Assembly: GCA_965644315.1 (NCBI GenBank)
Contig: CBFFRQ010000159.1
Span: forward strand, 1-30,088
Length of the DNA stretch: 30,088 nt
Source: Caecitellus pseudoparvulus
Taxonomy: Eukaryota; Protista; Bigyra: Bicosoecida
Direction: 5' to 3'
Below are positions 1 to 7,909 of this stretch, in pieces (position 1 is the first letter of the stretch; the number at the start of each line of letters is the position of its first letter). Position numbers and translations under genes: made by a program. Below the pieces are notes generated by a model. The model did no database searches. It was not told the origin of the DNA and saw nothing but the letters and a program-made list of their open reading frames with translations.

Positions 1-530
1 GATACTAAAAAAAGGGAATGGGATGGCGGAGCATCCTACCACAGTGGTTACGCTTCGCTTCACAACTCTTACGAGTCCCGATGCTACGCATCTAGTTTAA
101 TAGTTCATTTTACAGTAATTTAATAGTCAATAAAATAAATAATATTTAAGTTAATTTAATATCCAATAAAATATATATTATTTAAGATAAATTAAAATCC
201 TATTTTTCCCTTTTACATTAAGGCCTTTTAGAACGACTTAATAATTTATAAATAATAAAAAGTGTAATAGTATATACCTTCAAAAAATATAATATCCAAA
301 ATATCCAAAAATCCAAAATATCCAAGAATTTTTAAAGTTCATAAAAAGTTATCATTTTACCAAAATAATTTGAAAGTGTCGGGAAACTGGATTTTTAGGA
401 TAATGGGGAAAATGTGGCATAGAGTATGGTAGGTGCAATATGTGCCATCAAAAGAAGTATGGGGTGTGAGCCCCCTTCAAGAACCATTTAAATGCAATAC
501 TAAAAAATATAAATTTAAAAAAATAAAAAA
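1..530. other. Non-coding terminal/origin-like region of the viral element (possible TIR arm)
   Basis: No ORF >=60 aa. Small GC hairpins (GGATG-gcggag-CATCC 21-36, ACTC-ttac-GAGT 65-76, GATGC-tac-GCATC 80-92) and ATCCAA repeats. No partner TIR in the window, so TIR status is unproven. Confidence 0.4.
291..402. repeat. Four direct ATCCAA boxes plus an inverted pair (iteron-like)
   Basis: ATCCAA at 294, 303, 311, 320. TGGATTTTTAGGATA (388-402) is a near reverse complement of TATCCAAAAATCCA (302-315). Confidence 0.7.
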
Positions 531-531
531 A

Positions 532-545
532 TGACTTAAAGATAA
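532..545 (+). promoter_or_regulatory. Putative viral promoter motif, copy 1 (TGACTTAAAGATAA)
   Basis: 33 nt upstream of ATG 565; the same motif recurs before all plus-strand viral ORFs. Confidence 0.7.
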
Positions 546-564
546 TTCTAGTATTATGAGTATA

Positions 565-903
565 ATGAACTATAACGCGTACTGTGTAATACTAAATGAT
601 AAAATTGTGAGTGGTTCTCCATTTGCGAAAGAATATCTTGAAACATATTCTATGACAATGTTATATATGAATGAGGCACCAGAAGGAGAAACAGGATTAA
701 AAGTGTGCTTAGGTAGTGAAAGTGTATTTATTCGTCATGATACGAGAGAAGTAGGTGTATTTATTGAAGAAGTAGACGAAGATAATGGATGTTTGAAATT
801 CATTAATGGAGATGATACGTATATATTAATGTTTGATCCAAATATAACAAGAAACCTAATAGAGGAGCTAGAAGAAGGTGGATTTTATTATCATTGTAAA
901 TAA
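565..903 (+). CDS. Viral hypothetical protein (112 aa from ATG 565; 115 aa from ATG 556)
   Basis: Clean ORF preceded by the promoter motif; motif spacing favours ATG 565. Confidence 0.7.
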   Translation: MNYNAYCVILNDKIVSGSPFAKEYLETYSMTMLYMNEAPEGETGLKVCLGSESVFIRHDTREVGVFIEEVDEDNGCLKFINGDDTYILMFDPNITRNLIEELEEGGFYYHCK

Positions 904-956
904 TTTTATTTTGTTGAATTGTGTATAATAAATTTTATTCAATTTACTATACACTT

Positions 957-1520
957 TCAAAAACGTGATTTTAGTTTAAAGGTTGCCTTAATTACACTAT
1001 ATAATTCATCATAGGAGGAAAAGATATTTAGTAGATCGTGTCCACAAGCGGAGATAAGCTCCAGCCTTTCTTTTTCACATTTTAAACGTTCAGCATCATC
1101 ATTAATAGCTCTTAAATTTGCTTTAAATAGCTTATTACAAGGTGTAAGAACCAAAATACACTCATTAGCAACATCTAAATATTGAGCCTCTTGAATGCTT
1201 GAGCAAACTAACAGTAAGGAATGACCTTTTAATGAGGCTCGGAGATTTTCCACATATTTTTTTGCTTCAACTAAATAGTTAACCTCACTATTTACGCCAT
1301 CCTCACGTGGGACACTTTCGCCAACATCAACAAGCTTTACTTTATCATTGCCTTTCAAAGCTTCGCATAGTTGACTTTTTCCGGTTTTTTTACTCATTAC
1401 AATTGCCCCAAATTTTACAGCCTTAAATTTTTTTGCTTTGCCTTTCTTCCAACATTTATAGGAAGATTGAAGTCCAAATGAAACTAATGACCCTAACATT
1501 AGCCCTTGTTCTAAATTCAT
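957..1520 (-). CDS. Viral P-loop NTPase/kinase-like protein with hydrophobic N-terminus
   Basis: 187 aa; beta-strand + degenerate Walker A (GAIVMSKKTGKSQL), then LVDVG and LLLVCS strands as in small P-loop kinases. Function is tentative. Confidence 0.55.
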   Translation of the reverse strand: MNLEQGLMLGSLVSFGLQSSYKCWKKGKAKKFKAVKFGAIVMSKKTGKSQLCEALKGNDKVKLVDVGESVPREDGVNSEVNYLVEAKKYVENLRASLKGHSLLLVCSSIQEAQYLDVANECILVLTPCNKLFKANLRAINDDAERLKCEKERLELISACGHDLLNIFSSYDELYSVIKATFKLKSRF

Positions 1521-1575
1521 ATAATATAGTATTATATATTTTATTTTAATATATACGAAAATTCCTGATAATATT

Positions 1576-1989
1576 CTATTTTAAGTTTTCCCTTTTTTTT
1601 TCTTCCTTTTTTCGTAATCTATATTTTCGTTTTAGTTCATTTCTTTTTTCTCTATTTTTTTCTCTATATGTTTTATCCCATTGTTTCTTTCTTTCTTTGT
1701 TTTTTTCGTAATATTCTTTTCTTGTTCTTGTTGGTATTTTCATATTTATACACTTTATATTTTCAATATAATATCGCTCCCTTGCGAGTAGTTCCTCTTT
1801 GGTTTCGCACGGAAAATTTTCAATAAGAATAATATTAAAATCGTCATAATCTACTAATTGTCTTGATGTGCAATTTTTGTGTGCTTTGTGTTGTGATTTT
1901 CTTTTGGAAAGTTTTTGAGTTGTTGAGCCGATATAAGTTAAACCACCGCCAACAAGCTTATAAATTTTACCATCTTGATAATTCACCAT
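1576..1989 (-). CDS. GIY-YIG endonuclease
   Basis: GKIYKL...YIGST, then KR..H, E.F.C...EEL..RE.YYI and IN motifs, with a basic helical C-terminal tail; typical virophage/NCLDV GIY-YIG. Confidence 0.92.
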   Translation of the reverse strand: MVNYQDGKIYKLVGGGLTYIGSTTQKLSKRKSQHKAHKNCTSRQLVDYDDFNIILIENFPCETKEELLARERYYIENIKCINMKIPTRTRKEYYEKNKERKKQWDKTYREKNREKRNELKRKYRLRKKEEKKRENLK

Positions 1990-2011
1990 TTTAATAATTA
2001 TATTTATCGTT

Positions 2012-2025
2012 ATCTTTTTAAGTTG
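2012..2025 (-). promoter_or_regulatory. Promoter motif variant for the GIY-YIG gene (CAACTTAAAAAGAT)
   Basis: On the minus strand, 36 nt upstream of ATG 1989, matching the spacing of the other copies. Confidence 0.5.
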
Positions 2026-2179
2026 TTTTTTTTACTACGTCCCCTAGGAATCACCACAACCAAACAAAAAACAGGTGGGTCAGCCCACGGTTTCAGCCCT
2101 TCCAAACACTCGCCGAAAACGCGACAGGCTGTTTTTTGCCAAAGAGTTTTCAAATTCCGCATATTCATCAATTCCACTA

Positions 2180-2257
2180 TCTTCATATTAATTATGAGGA
2201 GAATTTAAAAGAATAAAAAATGACTTAAAGATAAATTACGTATTCAATTTATATATG
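2180..2257 (+). repeat. 78-bp direct repeat, copy A (hairpin + promoter motif + leader + ATG)
   Basis: 70/78 identical ungapped to 2845-2922; last 37 bp differ at one position. Contains TGACTTAAAGATAA at 2221. Confidence 0.9.
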
Positions 2258-2788
2258 CAATTAAAAGAAATTATTCCAATAACTTATACAAAAGAAATTA
2301 TTCCAATGACTTATATAGAAAATACTAAAACGTATTATTCAAAGGAACTTTCGTACGGCTTTAGAAATGATTTTCGCCTTCAAATTAATGAAGTAGAAGA
2401 CCTAAAACATGATGAGTTTTCCATATATGTTAATGTATATTTCAAACATGAAAAAGAAGAAAGCTATAATGAATTTTTAAATCATAAAAAATTTAATAAA
2501 TATCTTTTTAACAATTTAAGAAGAGTTTTGTCTTCAGATTTTTTAAATGATTTTTTTCGAGAAAGCGAAATAATCAATATTTATGATGAAAGGATTGAAA
2601 GTTATACAACATATGGCAGACATAATGCCATTAAAAACAATCATTCATATATAGAATTTAAATTAGAAAAGAAGAAACATTATTATGGATATGATCGCTT
2701 AACTGATGATCAATTTAATTGGTTATTCTTTATCATATATGAGTATGTTAGTAGAGATGAACGCAATATTAAAAAAAATAAAGTATAA
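2255..2788 (+). CDS. Viral hypothetical protein (177 aa)
   Basis: Clean ORF with promoter motif 34 nt upstream; 27-bp tandem duplication near the start (KEIIPITYT/KEIIPMTYI). Confidence 0.75.
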   Translation: MQLKEIIPITYTKEIIPMTYIENTKTYYSKELSYGFRNDFRLQINEVEDLKHDEFSIYVNVYFKHEKEESYNEFLNHKKFNKYLFNNLRRVLSSDFLNDFFRESEIINIYDERIESYTTYGRHNAIKNNHSYIEFKLEKKKHYYGYDRLTDDQFNWLFFIIYEYVSRDERNIKKNKV

Positions 2789-2844
2789 GAGTATAATATA
2801 GGGGTTTTTAGTTAGTGTTTTCCCCCTTGAGTTTTATAGAATTT

Positions 2845-2922
2845 TCTTCATAATAATTATGAGGAAAATTAAAAAAATAATAAAATGACTTAAGGATAAA
2901 TTACGTATTCAATTTATATATG
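2845..2922 (+). repeat. 78-bp direct repeat, copy B (promoter of helicase)
   Basis: Matches 2180-2257; contains TGACTTAAGGATAA at 2886. Confidence 0.9.
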
Positions 2923-4752
2923 ATTGCTCATATTAAAACAACTTTTTCTTTTAATGAACTTTTAGACATAAAAACAGATGGTCTAAAGAAAATTGACATT
3001 GTAATTGGGAAACTGAAACCTATTATTTTCATTAAGGATGATAAACTTTATCGTCTTTGTGAAAATGATATTTATTCAGTGGAAGACTTTAAGAAAGATT
3101 CTTTCTATGGTATTCTATATAATATTTTCATTGCTTCACTTCGTAAACTTGATAACGCTCAGGCTCAATCAGTACTTTCAATGAAGAACATTAGATTTAC
3201 TGAGTTAGAATCAATAAAAAAGAAGTTTAGCGGTATATATAACCAGCTACAAGATAAATCTCGTGTTATTGATAATGATGATTCAGGTTTAAATTTCCTT
3301 AATGGTCGCTTAGATTTGCTTAGTGGAAAATTTACAAAAGAACGCCGTAAGGGACATACAATAACAATAAAAACTCTTTTAAATTATGAATATTCACAAA
3401 GTAAAGAGAAAGATATTGAGAGAATGGAAGACATTTTTAGGTCATTTTTTCATGATAATATTTATCGGTATTGTGTAGAATCCATAGCTGAAATGCTTCT
3501 TGGAAAAAAAATTACAAAGAGACAAACCAATTACGTACTTCTAGGAAAAGGTTCCAATGGCAAAAATACTCTTTTAGAACTGATTCAAAAAGTATTACCT
3601 CATACAGTTGTTGATGTTGAGAATGCTTTATTGACTGTAGATGATGGCAACAACAAAGCCTCTAAATTACTAAACGCGATAAAGCCTTATCATCGTTTTA
3701 TTCTAATTGATGAACAAGGGAAAAAGAAGATTAAAGCAAATACATTTAAAAAAGTTGCTAATAGTACAATAACAACAACAAAATTGTTTACAGATGGATC
3801 ATATACAATAGAGTTAAATGGTACTATAGTTATTCTTACAAATAATATGTTAAAGATTGATATTGATGATGGTGTAAAGCGCCGTTTAGTAATTATTGAA
3901 CTGATTAATAAGTTTGTAGATAATGATAGTCTAGTAGATAATAAAACTGTATTCAAGAAGAATCACTCATTAATTGATTCATTTAATTCCGCGAAAAAGA
4001 AATGTGCTTTTGTCAATTATATTTTGTCATTCACCAAAGATTTCAAGACTTCTAAGTTCCGCGATTTGCCATTAGATGTAAAGAAGATAACAGAAGCAAC
4101 AACAGAAATGAATGATTTGGAAATGGAATTTATAGATTGTAAGCTTGATTTGACTGGGAAGAGCACGGATCGCATCCCAAAAGACGCTTTATTGAAAGCA
4201 TACCACAACTTTAATCCTGAGAAGAGAAATCTAGGTCTCAAAAACTTTATAGATGATATGAGATCAAAAGGATTAGAATATGATAGTAAGAACCGACCAA
4301 AGAAGCATGAAATGGAAGAGTTTGAGGTTGATAATAAAAAAGGTCTTTTTGTTGGTGTAAAGTTTAAGGATAGACTAGATGAGCTTCAACCAAATAATAT
4401 GAATGTTAATCATTTAAAAATGAACCGACTAAAACTCATGAATGAAAAACTTTTAAAAATTCTTGGTGATAGATTCCCTGATGAAATTGATCAATTTATG
4501 GATGACATAAAAAATGATATAGGAGATTTTAACCTTAAAGTTGAATGTGGAAAAGTAGAGAAAGAAGAAAAACCCAAAGAGAAAAAATGTAAAACAAAAA
4601 AAATAAATGATAAGATAAAGGTTAAACTCAAAAAGTCAGAGAAGGACAGAAAGAAGAAGCAAGAAGAAGATGAAAAGGAATATACAAAGAAAACAAAGAA
4701 TGTAATTAAGAATAGCAAAGTAAACGATTTAGATGATTTATCATATTTTTGA
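2920..4752 (+). CDS. Superfamily 3 (D5-like) helicase, mavirus MV01-like
   Basis: D5_N-like LNFLNGRLDL, Walker A GKGSNGKNT, Walker B ILIDE, motif C ILTNN, arginine finger DDGVKRRL, winged-helix-like C-terminal region and Lys-rich tail. No recognisable primase domain. Confidence 0.92.
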   Translation: MIAHIKTTFSFNELLDIKTDGLKKIDIVIGKLKPIIFIKDDKLYRLCENDIYSVEDFKKDSFYGILYNIFIASLRKLDNAQAQSVLSMKNIRFTELESIKKKFSGIYNQLQDKSRVIDNDDSGLNFLNGRLDLLSGKFTKERRKGHTITIKTLLNYEYSQSKEKDIERMEDIFRSFFHDNIYRYCVESIAEMLLGKKITKRQTNYVLLGKGSNGKNTLLELIQKVLPHTVVDVENALLTVDDGNNKASKLLNAIKPYHRFILIDEQGKKKIKANTFKKVANSTITTTKLFTDGSYTIELNGTIVILTNNMLKIDIDDGVKRRLVIIELINKFVDNDSLVDNKTVFKKNHSLIDSFNSAKKKCAFVNYILSFTKDFKTSKFRDLPLDVKKITEATTEMNDLEMEFIDCKLDLTGKSTDRIPKDALLKAYHNFNPEKRNLGLKNFIDDMRSKGLEYDSKNRPKKHEMEEFEVDNKKGLFVGVKFKDRLDELQPNNMNVNHLKMNRLKLMNEKLLKILGDRFPDEIDQFMDDIKNDIGDFNLKVECGKVEKEEKPKEKKCKTKKINDKIKVKLKKSEKDRKKKQEEDEKEYTKKTKNVIKNSKVNDLDDLSYF

Positions 4753-4766
4753 TTTAATTAATTAAA

Positions 4767-4780
4767 TGACCTAAGAGTAT
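4767..4780 (+). promoter_or_regulatory. Putative viral promoter motif (TGACCTAAGAGTAT)
   Basis: 38 nt upstream of ATG 4805. Confidence 0.6.
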
Positions 4781-4804
4781 GTTATGTATTTAATACATAA
4801 GATA

Positions 4805-5158
4805 ATGGTTAAACTTCCTCCGATTGATGTGTATTCAAAGACAAAAGAGCTAAACGATGATCAGATTCAAAAACAATTTTTTGTTGAACGCAAGAATAAA
4901 CGTGATTTTACATTGGATCAAGGTATGGAGTATATTACAAAGTTCATTGAAAATGCACAAGATAAACATGGTGCAGATCTTGAAAATTTAAAAGTTCAGA
5001 TTATGACTCCAATAGGCATGAGATCAATTCTAGGATCAAAAGCTGGAATAAGATCCTTTTTAGAAGGTTGGGAGGAATATTTTAATGCAAAGGTAGCCCA
5101 AAGAGGAAAATTCAATAAGATCAAATCCATTTATATTAATATGGAATTAAATAATTAA
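4805..5158 (+). CDS. Viral hypothetical protein between helicase and pPolB (117 aa from ATG 4805; 124 aa from 4784)
   Basis: Clean ORF; motif spacing favours MVKLPP start. Confidence 0.75.
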   Translation: MVKLPPIDVYSKTKELNDDQIQKQFFVERKNKRDFTLDQGMEYITKFIENAQDKHGADLENLKVQIMTPIGMRSILGSKAGIRSFLEGWEEYFNAKVAQRGKFNKIKSIYINMELNN

Positions 5159-5159
5159 A

Positions 5160-5173
5160 TGACTTAAGAATAA
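5160..5173 (+). promoter_or_regulatory. Putative viral promoter motif (TGACTTAAGAATAA)
   Basis: 38 nt upstream of pPolB ATG 5198. Confidence 0.7.
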
Positions 5174-5197
5174 GATTCGTATTTATATTTATAATAA

Positions 5198-6535
5198 ATG
5201 AAAGTTTACTATAAATCAGATGATAATAATTCTTTTGTGGTGTATGATAGTAAGAAAGGAGAGTATAAGGAAGTTCAGAGAAGGCCAAGAATAGGATATG
5301 AGATGTTAAAATCCTTTGGATGTGATGCAACAGAAGAGGGCTTAAAAGATTATTGTGTTCGTCTCAAGGAAGCATCCGATGAACTTGAAACATATCTTAA
5401 ATCAAGAAGAGATTTAAAAGATTGTGTCAAAGAGAAAAATGAAAATGGATTCGTTAGTTTAAAATTTGTACATCCAAATGGAAATAACTCATCTTTAATG
5501 AGAAGATTGTTTAGTTATTTATGCTCGGTAAATAGTGAAGATTATGAACATATTTCATATGAAGAACATACAATTTTGTCAAGACTTCATGGTGGGGGAT
5601 TAATTGCAGGTGTACCATATGAGGGTATTGGATATGGCTATGATATCAATGAATTTTATGGTGGTCTACTTGGCCAATCAAAACGACAACATAAATTTAA
5701 GTTTCCTGTGAGAAAAGGTACAATAAGAACTTTAGAGTCAATGCCAACCGATAATAAGAAAATACCATATGGAGCCTATCATGTATGCATTGAAAGTACT
5801 CATCCAAAAATAAAGTTTATTTTAGGTCTGAAGAAAGGAAATCAAGCAGTAAAACAATGGTTTAGTCATTTTGAGGTTCATTATGTTAATTATTTGATCA
5901 AAGCTCATCCAGAACTTAATTTAAGTATGAAGATTAGATTAGATGGAAAACCAAATGCATTAACTTATGATGAATCTGATTTAGTTGAATCAACATCTAT
6001 ATTTGAGGATTACTTCAATGTTGTTAATGGTGCGAAATATAGACTAAAAGGTAATCCACTTTCTAAATTGTTGATGAACTCAATTTACGGATATCAGAAA
6101 ATAAAATACAATCCAATTAAAATAAAAGAGAGTAAATTTGACAAGTACTCAGACACAGAACGAAACAAATACATTGTTGATTTTTCAAAACAGTATATAA
6201 ACAAGAAAGGAGAGAATGTCTACTATATGATTCGTAGAGATCGTATATATGAATATCCATTAGCCAGATTATCATTCTTCCTTCCATGCAAGGGGCGTGT
6301 ATATATGGGGAAAAAGATATTTAAGATTCTTGATGATGTTGTGAGAGTTCATACTGATGGATTCATAACAAGTAAAAAACATGATGAATTAATCTCAAAG
6401 AGAAACTTCTTTACAAGCAAGGAAGATAAGTATTATGGAAAGGAAATGAAAATAAAGCATGCATTGAATATTCAAGTAAAAACTAAAAATGGAAAATTCA
6501 ATAAATATACAGAGACTCAAGAACTACTTATTTGA
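5198..6535 (+). CDS. Protein-primed family B DNA polymerase, short, exonuclease domain degenerate
   Basis: LHGGG (YxGG-like), motif A GYDINEFYG, motif B KLLMNSIYG, motif C VHTDG. Long A-B and B-C spacers are consistent with TPR1/TPR2 insertions. Confidence 0.88.
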   Translation: MKVYYKSDDNNSFVVYDSKKGEYKEVQRRPRIGYEMLKSFGCDATEEGLKDYCVRLKEASDELETYLKSRRDLKDCVKEKNENGFVSLKFVHPNGNNSSLMRRLFSYLCSVNSEDYEHISYEEHTILSRLHGGGLIAGVPYEGIGYGYDINEFYGGLLGQSKRQHKFKFPVRKGTIRTLESMPTDNKKIPYGAYHVCIESTHPKIKFILGLKKGNQAVKQWFSHFEVHYVNYLIKAHPELNLSMKIRLDGKPNALTYDESDLVESTSIFEDYFNVVNGAKYRLKGNPLSKLLMNSIYGYQKIKYNPIKIKESKFDKYSDTERNKYIVDFSKQYINKKGENVYYMIRRDRIYEYPLARLSFFLPCKGRVYMGKKIFKILDDVVRVHTDGFITSKKHDELISKRNFFTSKEDKYYGKEMKIKHALNIQVKTKNGKFNKYTETQELLI

Positions 6536-7531
6536 CTTTTTTTGATCTTCATATTCCATAACCATTTCGGGAACTTCTTTTTTCATACGAGTTTTTGATT
6601 CGTATGTAGCCTCTGCTTTTTTGAATCCTGACCACCAAATTAAATAATTTCTTCCCTTTTCACCAATAATTTTTCGTATTCTATATGTTTCAAGAGATGG
6701 TTTAGCTAGTCGTAATTCAGCTTCAGCAAATGACACATTAGGCATATTGACTAGGGTGTATCTTACAGGCACATTACCAACATATGATAATACATCCTTT
6801 ATTTTACGTACTTGTTTAGAAAACCTCCTGTCTCCCGTTCTAAATCCTCCGTTTACAGTATTTCCTAATGCATCTTGTGCCTGATCCTTTGCAAGTCTAT
6901 ATTGAACTAAATCACCTTTCTTAAATTTTGGTTTATGCAAATCCCATTTTGGAAATTTGTCAATTTTTGGTTTTTTCTTTCTAATATTATTTAATTTATC
7001 TCGTACTTGAGATAAAATATCTGTCCATTCTCTATAAGGTTTATTAGTTTCATCTTCCTTTTTATTCATATATCCATTAAATAGTCTTCCAAGCGTTCTA
7101 TTTAATCTTTCAACATTGCTCATTTGTTGGTGTCTTCCTTTCATTGCAGTTTTTTTAAGAATGGATTTACTGTATAAGAACTTTTGAAATACTCCCCTAA
7201 ATTCTAATCCTCCGTCAGTCTGGATTGATGCTTTGGCCAAGTTTATATGGGGTCTTTTAATCATAGTTTCATAAGCTTTTAATACAGTTTTGGGTGTTTT
7301 ATTCTTCAATGGTTCAATATCAAATTCATCTGTCCACAAATCAACAACGACTAATAAATATTTGAACCCTTCTCTGGTCTTTGGTAGCTCTAGTAAATCA
7401 GCCATAAAATTATAATCCTTTTCTGGATATGTAATATCTTTTACTTTAGTGAATGATTTAATTCTTTTTGGTTTTCTTGTATCAGTTTCATCAATTCCTA
7501 GTTCTGATAGTAGTTCTTTTATTTTGCTCAT
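6524..7531 (-). CDS. Retroviral-type (rve) integrase with C-terminal chromodomain, mavirus MV02-like
   Basis: DDE triad MADLL / QTDGGLEF / NVERLNRTL, KYLLVVVD, SH3-like KFKKGDLV, chromodomain YRIRKIIG..RNYLIWWSGF...ATYES. 3' end overlaps pPolB by 12 bp. Confidence 0.95.
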   Translation of the reverse strand: MSKIKELLSELGIDETDTRKPKRIKSFTKVKDITYPEKDYNFMADLLELPKTREGFKYLLVVVDLWTDEFDIEPLKNKTPKTVLKAYETMIKRPHINLAKASIQTDGGLEFRGVFQKFLYSKSILKKTAMKGRHQQMSNVERLNRTLGRLFNGYMNKKEDETNKPYREWTDILSQVRDKLNNIRKKKPKIDKFPKWDLHKPKFKKGDLVQYRLAKDQAQDALGNTVNGGFRTGDRRFSKQVRKIKDVLSYVGNVPVRYTLVNMPNVSFAEAELRLAKPSLETYRIRKIIGEKGRNYLIWWSGFKKAEATYESKTRMKKEVPEMVMEYEDQKKSNK

Positions 7532-7544
7532 TATATAATTAATT

Positions 7545-7577
7545 AATAAAATAACTTAAGGATAAAATGCGTTTTAA
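7545..7577 (+). promoter_or_regulatory. 33-bp promoter repeat, copy A (TAACTTAAGGATAA)
   Basis: 31/33 identical to 7864-7896. Lies in the 52-bp divergent gap shared with the integrase. Confidence 0.75.
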
Positions 7578-7583
7578 GACATA

Positions 7584-7868
7584 ATGAATAGGTTTATACA
7601 AGAAATAAAGAAAGTTAAGAAAATGATGATCAATGAAACAGACGAAGAGAAACTAAGGAGAATGAAACATGTTATAAAGGACATCAAAAGGTATAAAAAG
7701 AAAATGGATAAATTATTCTTGCAATTAGAGGACAATCCAGCCCATGAAGTAGATATTGATAATTTACATGATGAATTTACATCATTTCAAGATAGCTATC
7801 CGGAATACATAGAATACTATGATGAATACTATGAATCAGATTCGGAAGATGAATTAATAATTAAATAA
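7584..7868 (+). CDS. Viral hypothetical protein (94 aa; basic N-terminus, acidic C-terminus)
   Basis: Clean ORF with promoter motif 32 nt upstream. Confidence 0.7.
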   Translation: MNRFIQEIKKVKKMMINETDEEKLRRMKHVIKDIKRYKKKMDKLFLQLEDNPAHEVDIDNLHDEFTSFQDSYPEYIEYYDEYYESDSEDELIIK

Positions 7869-7896
7869 AATAACCTAAGGATAAAATACGTTTTAA
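7864..7896 (+). promoter_or_regulatory. 33-bp promoter repeat, copy B (TAACCTAAGGATAA)
   Basis: Motif 39 nt upstream of ATG 7910. Confidence 0.75.
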
Positions 7897-7909
7897 AGGA
7901 TATACTAAA

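Noticed and set aside
547-550. CroV/mavirus TCTA late promoter
   Set aside because: Seen directly upstream of only this ORF start; not a consistent element here.
957-1520. A32/FtsK-HerA packaging ATPase
   Set aside because: Too short and lacks the hhhhDD/E Walker B and RH...Q motifs.
1975-2208. 77-aa plus-strand ORF
   Set aside because: Non-ATG start; spans promoters and repeats of flanking genes.
3690-5330. Short minus-strand ORFs within helicase/pPolB
   Set aside because: Antisense shadows of real genes.
2180-7896. CRISPR-like array from recurring repeats
   Set aside because: Repeats are irregularly spaced by whole genes and sit at a fixed distance from ATGs; no cas genes.
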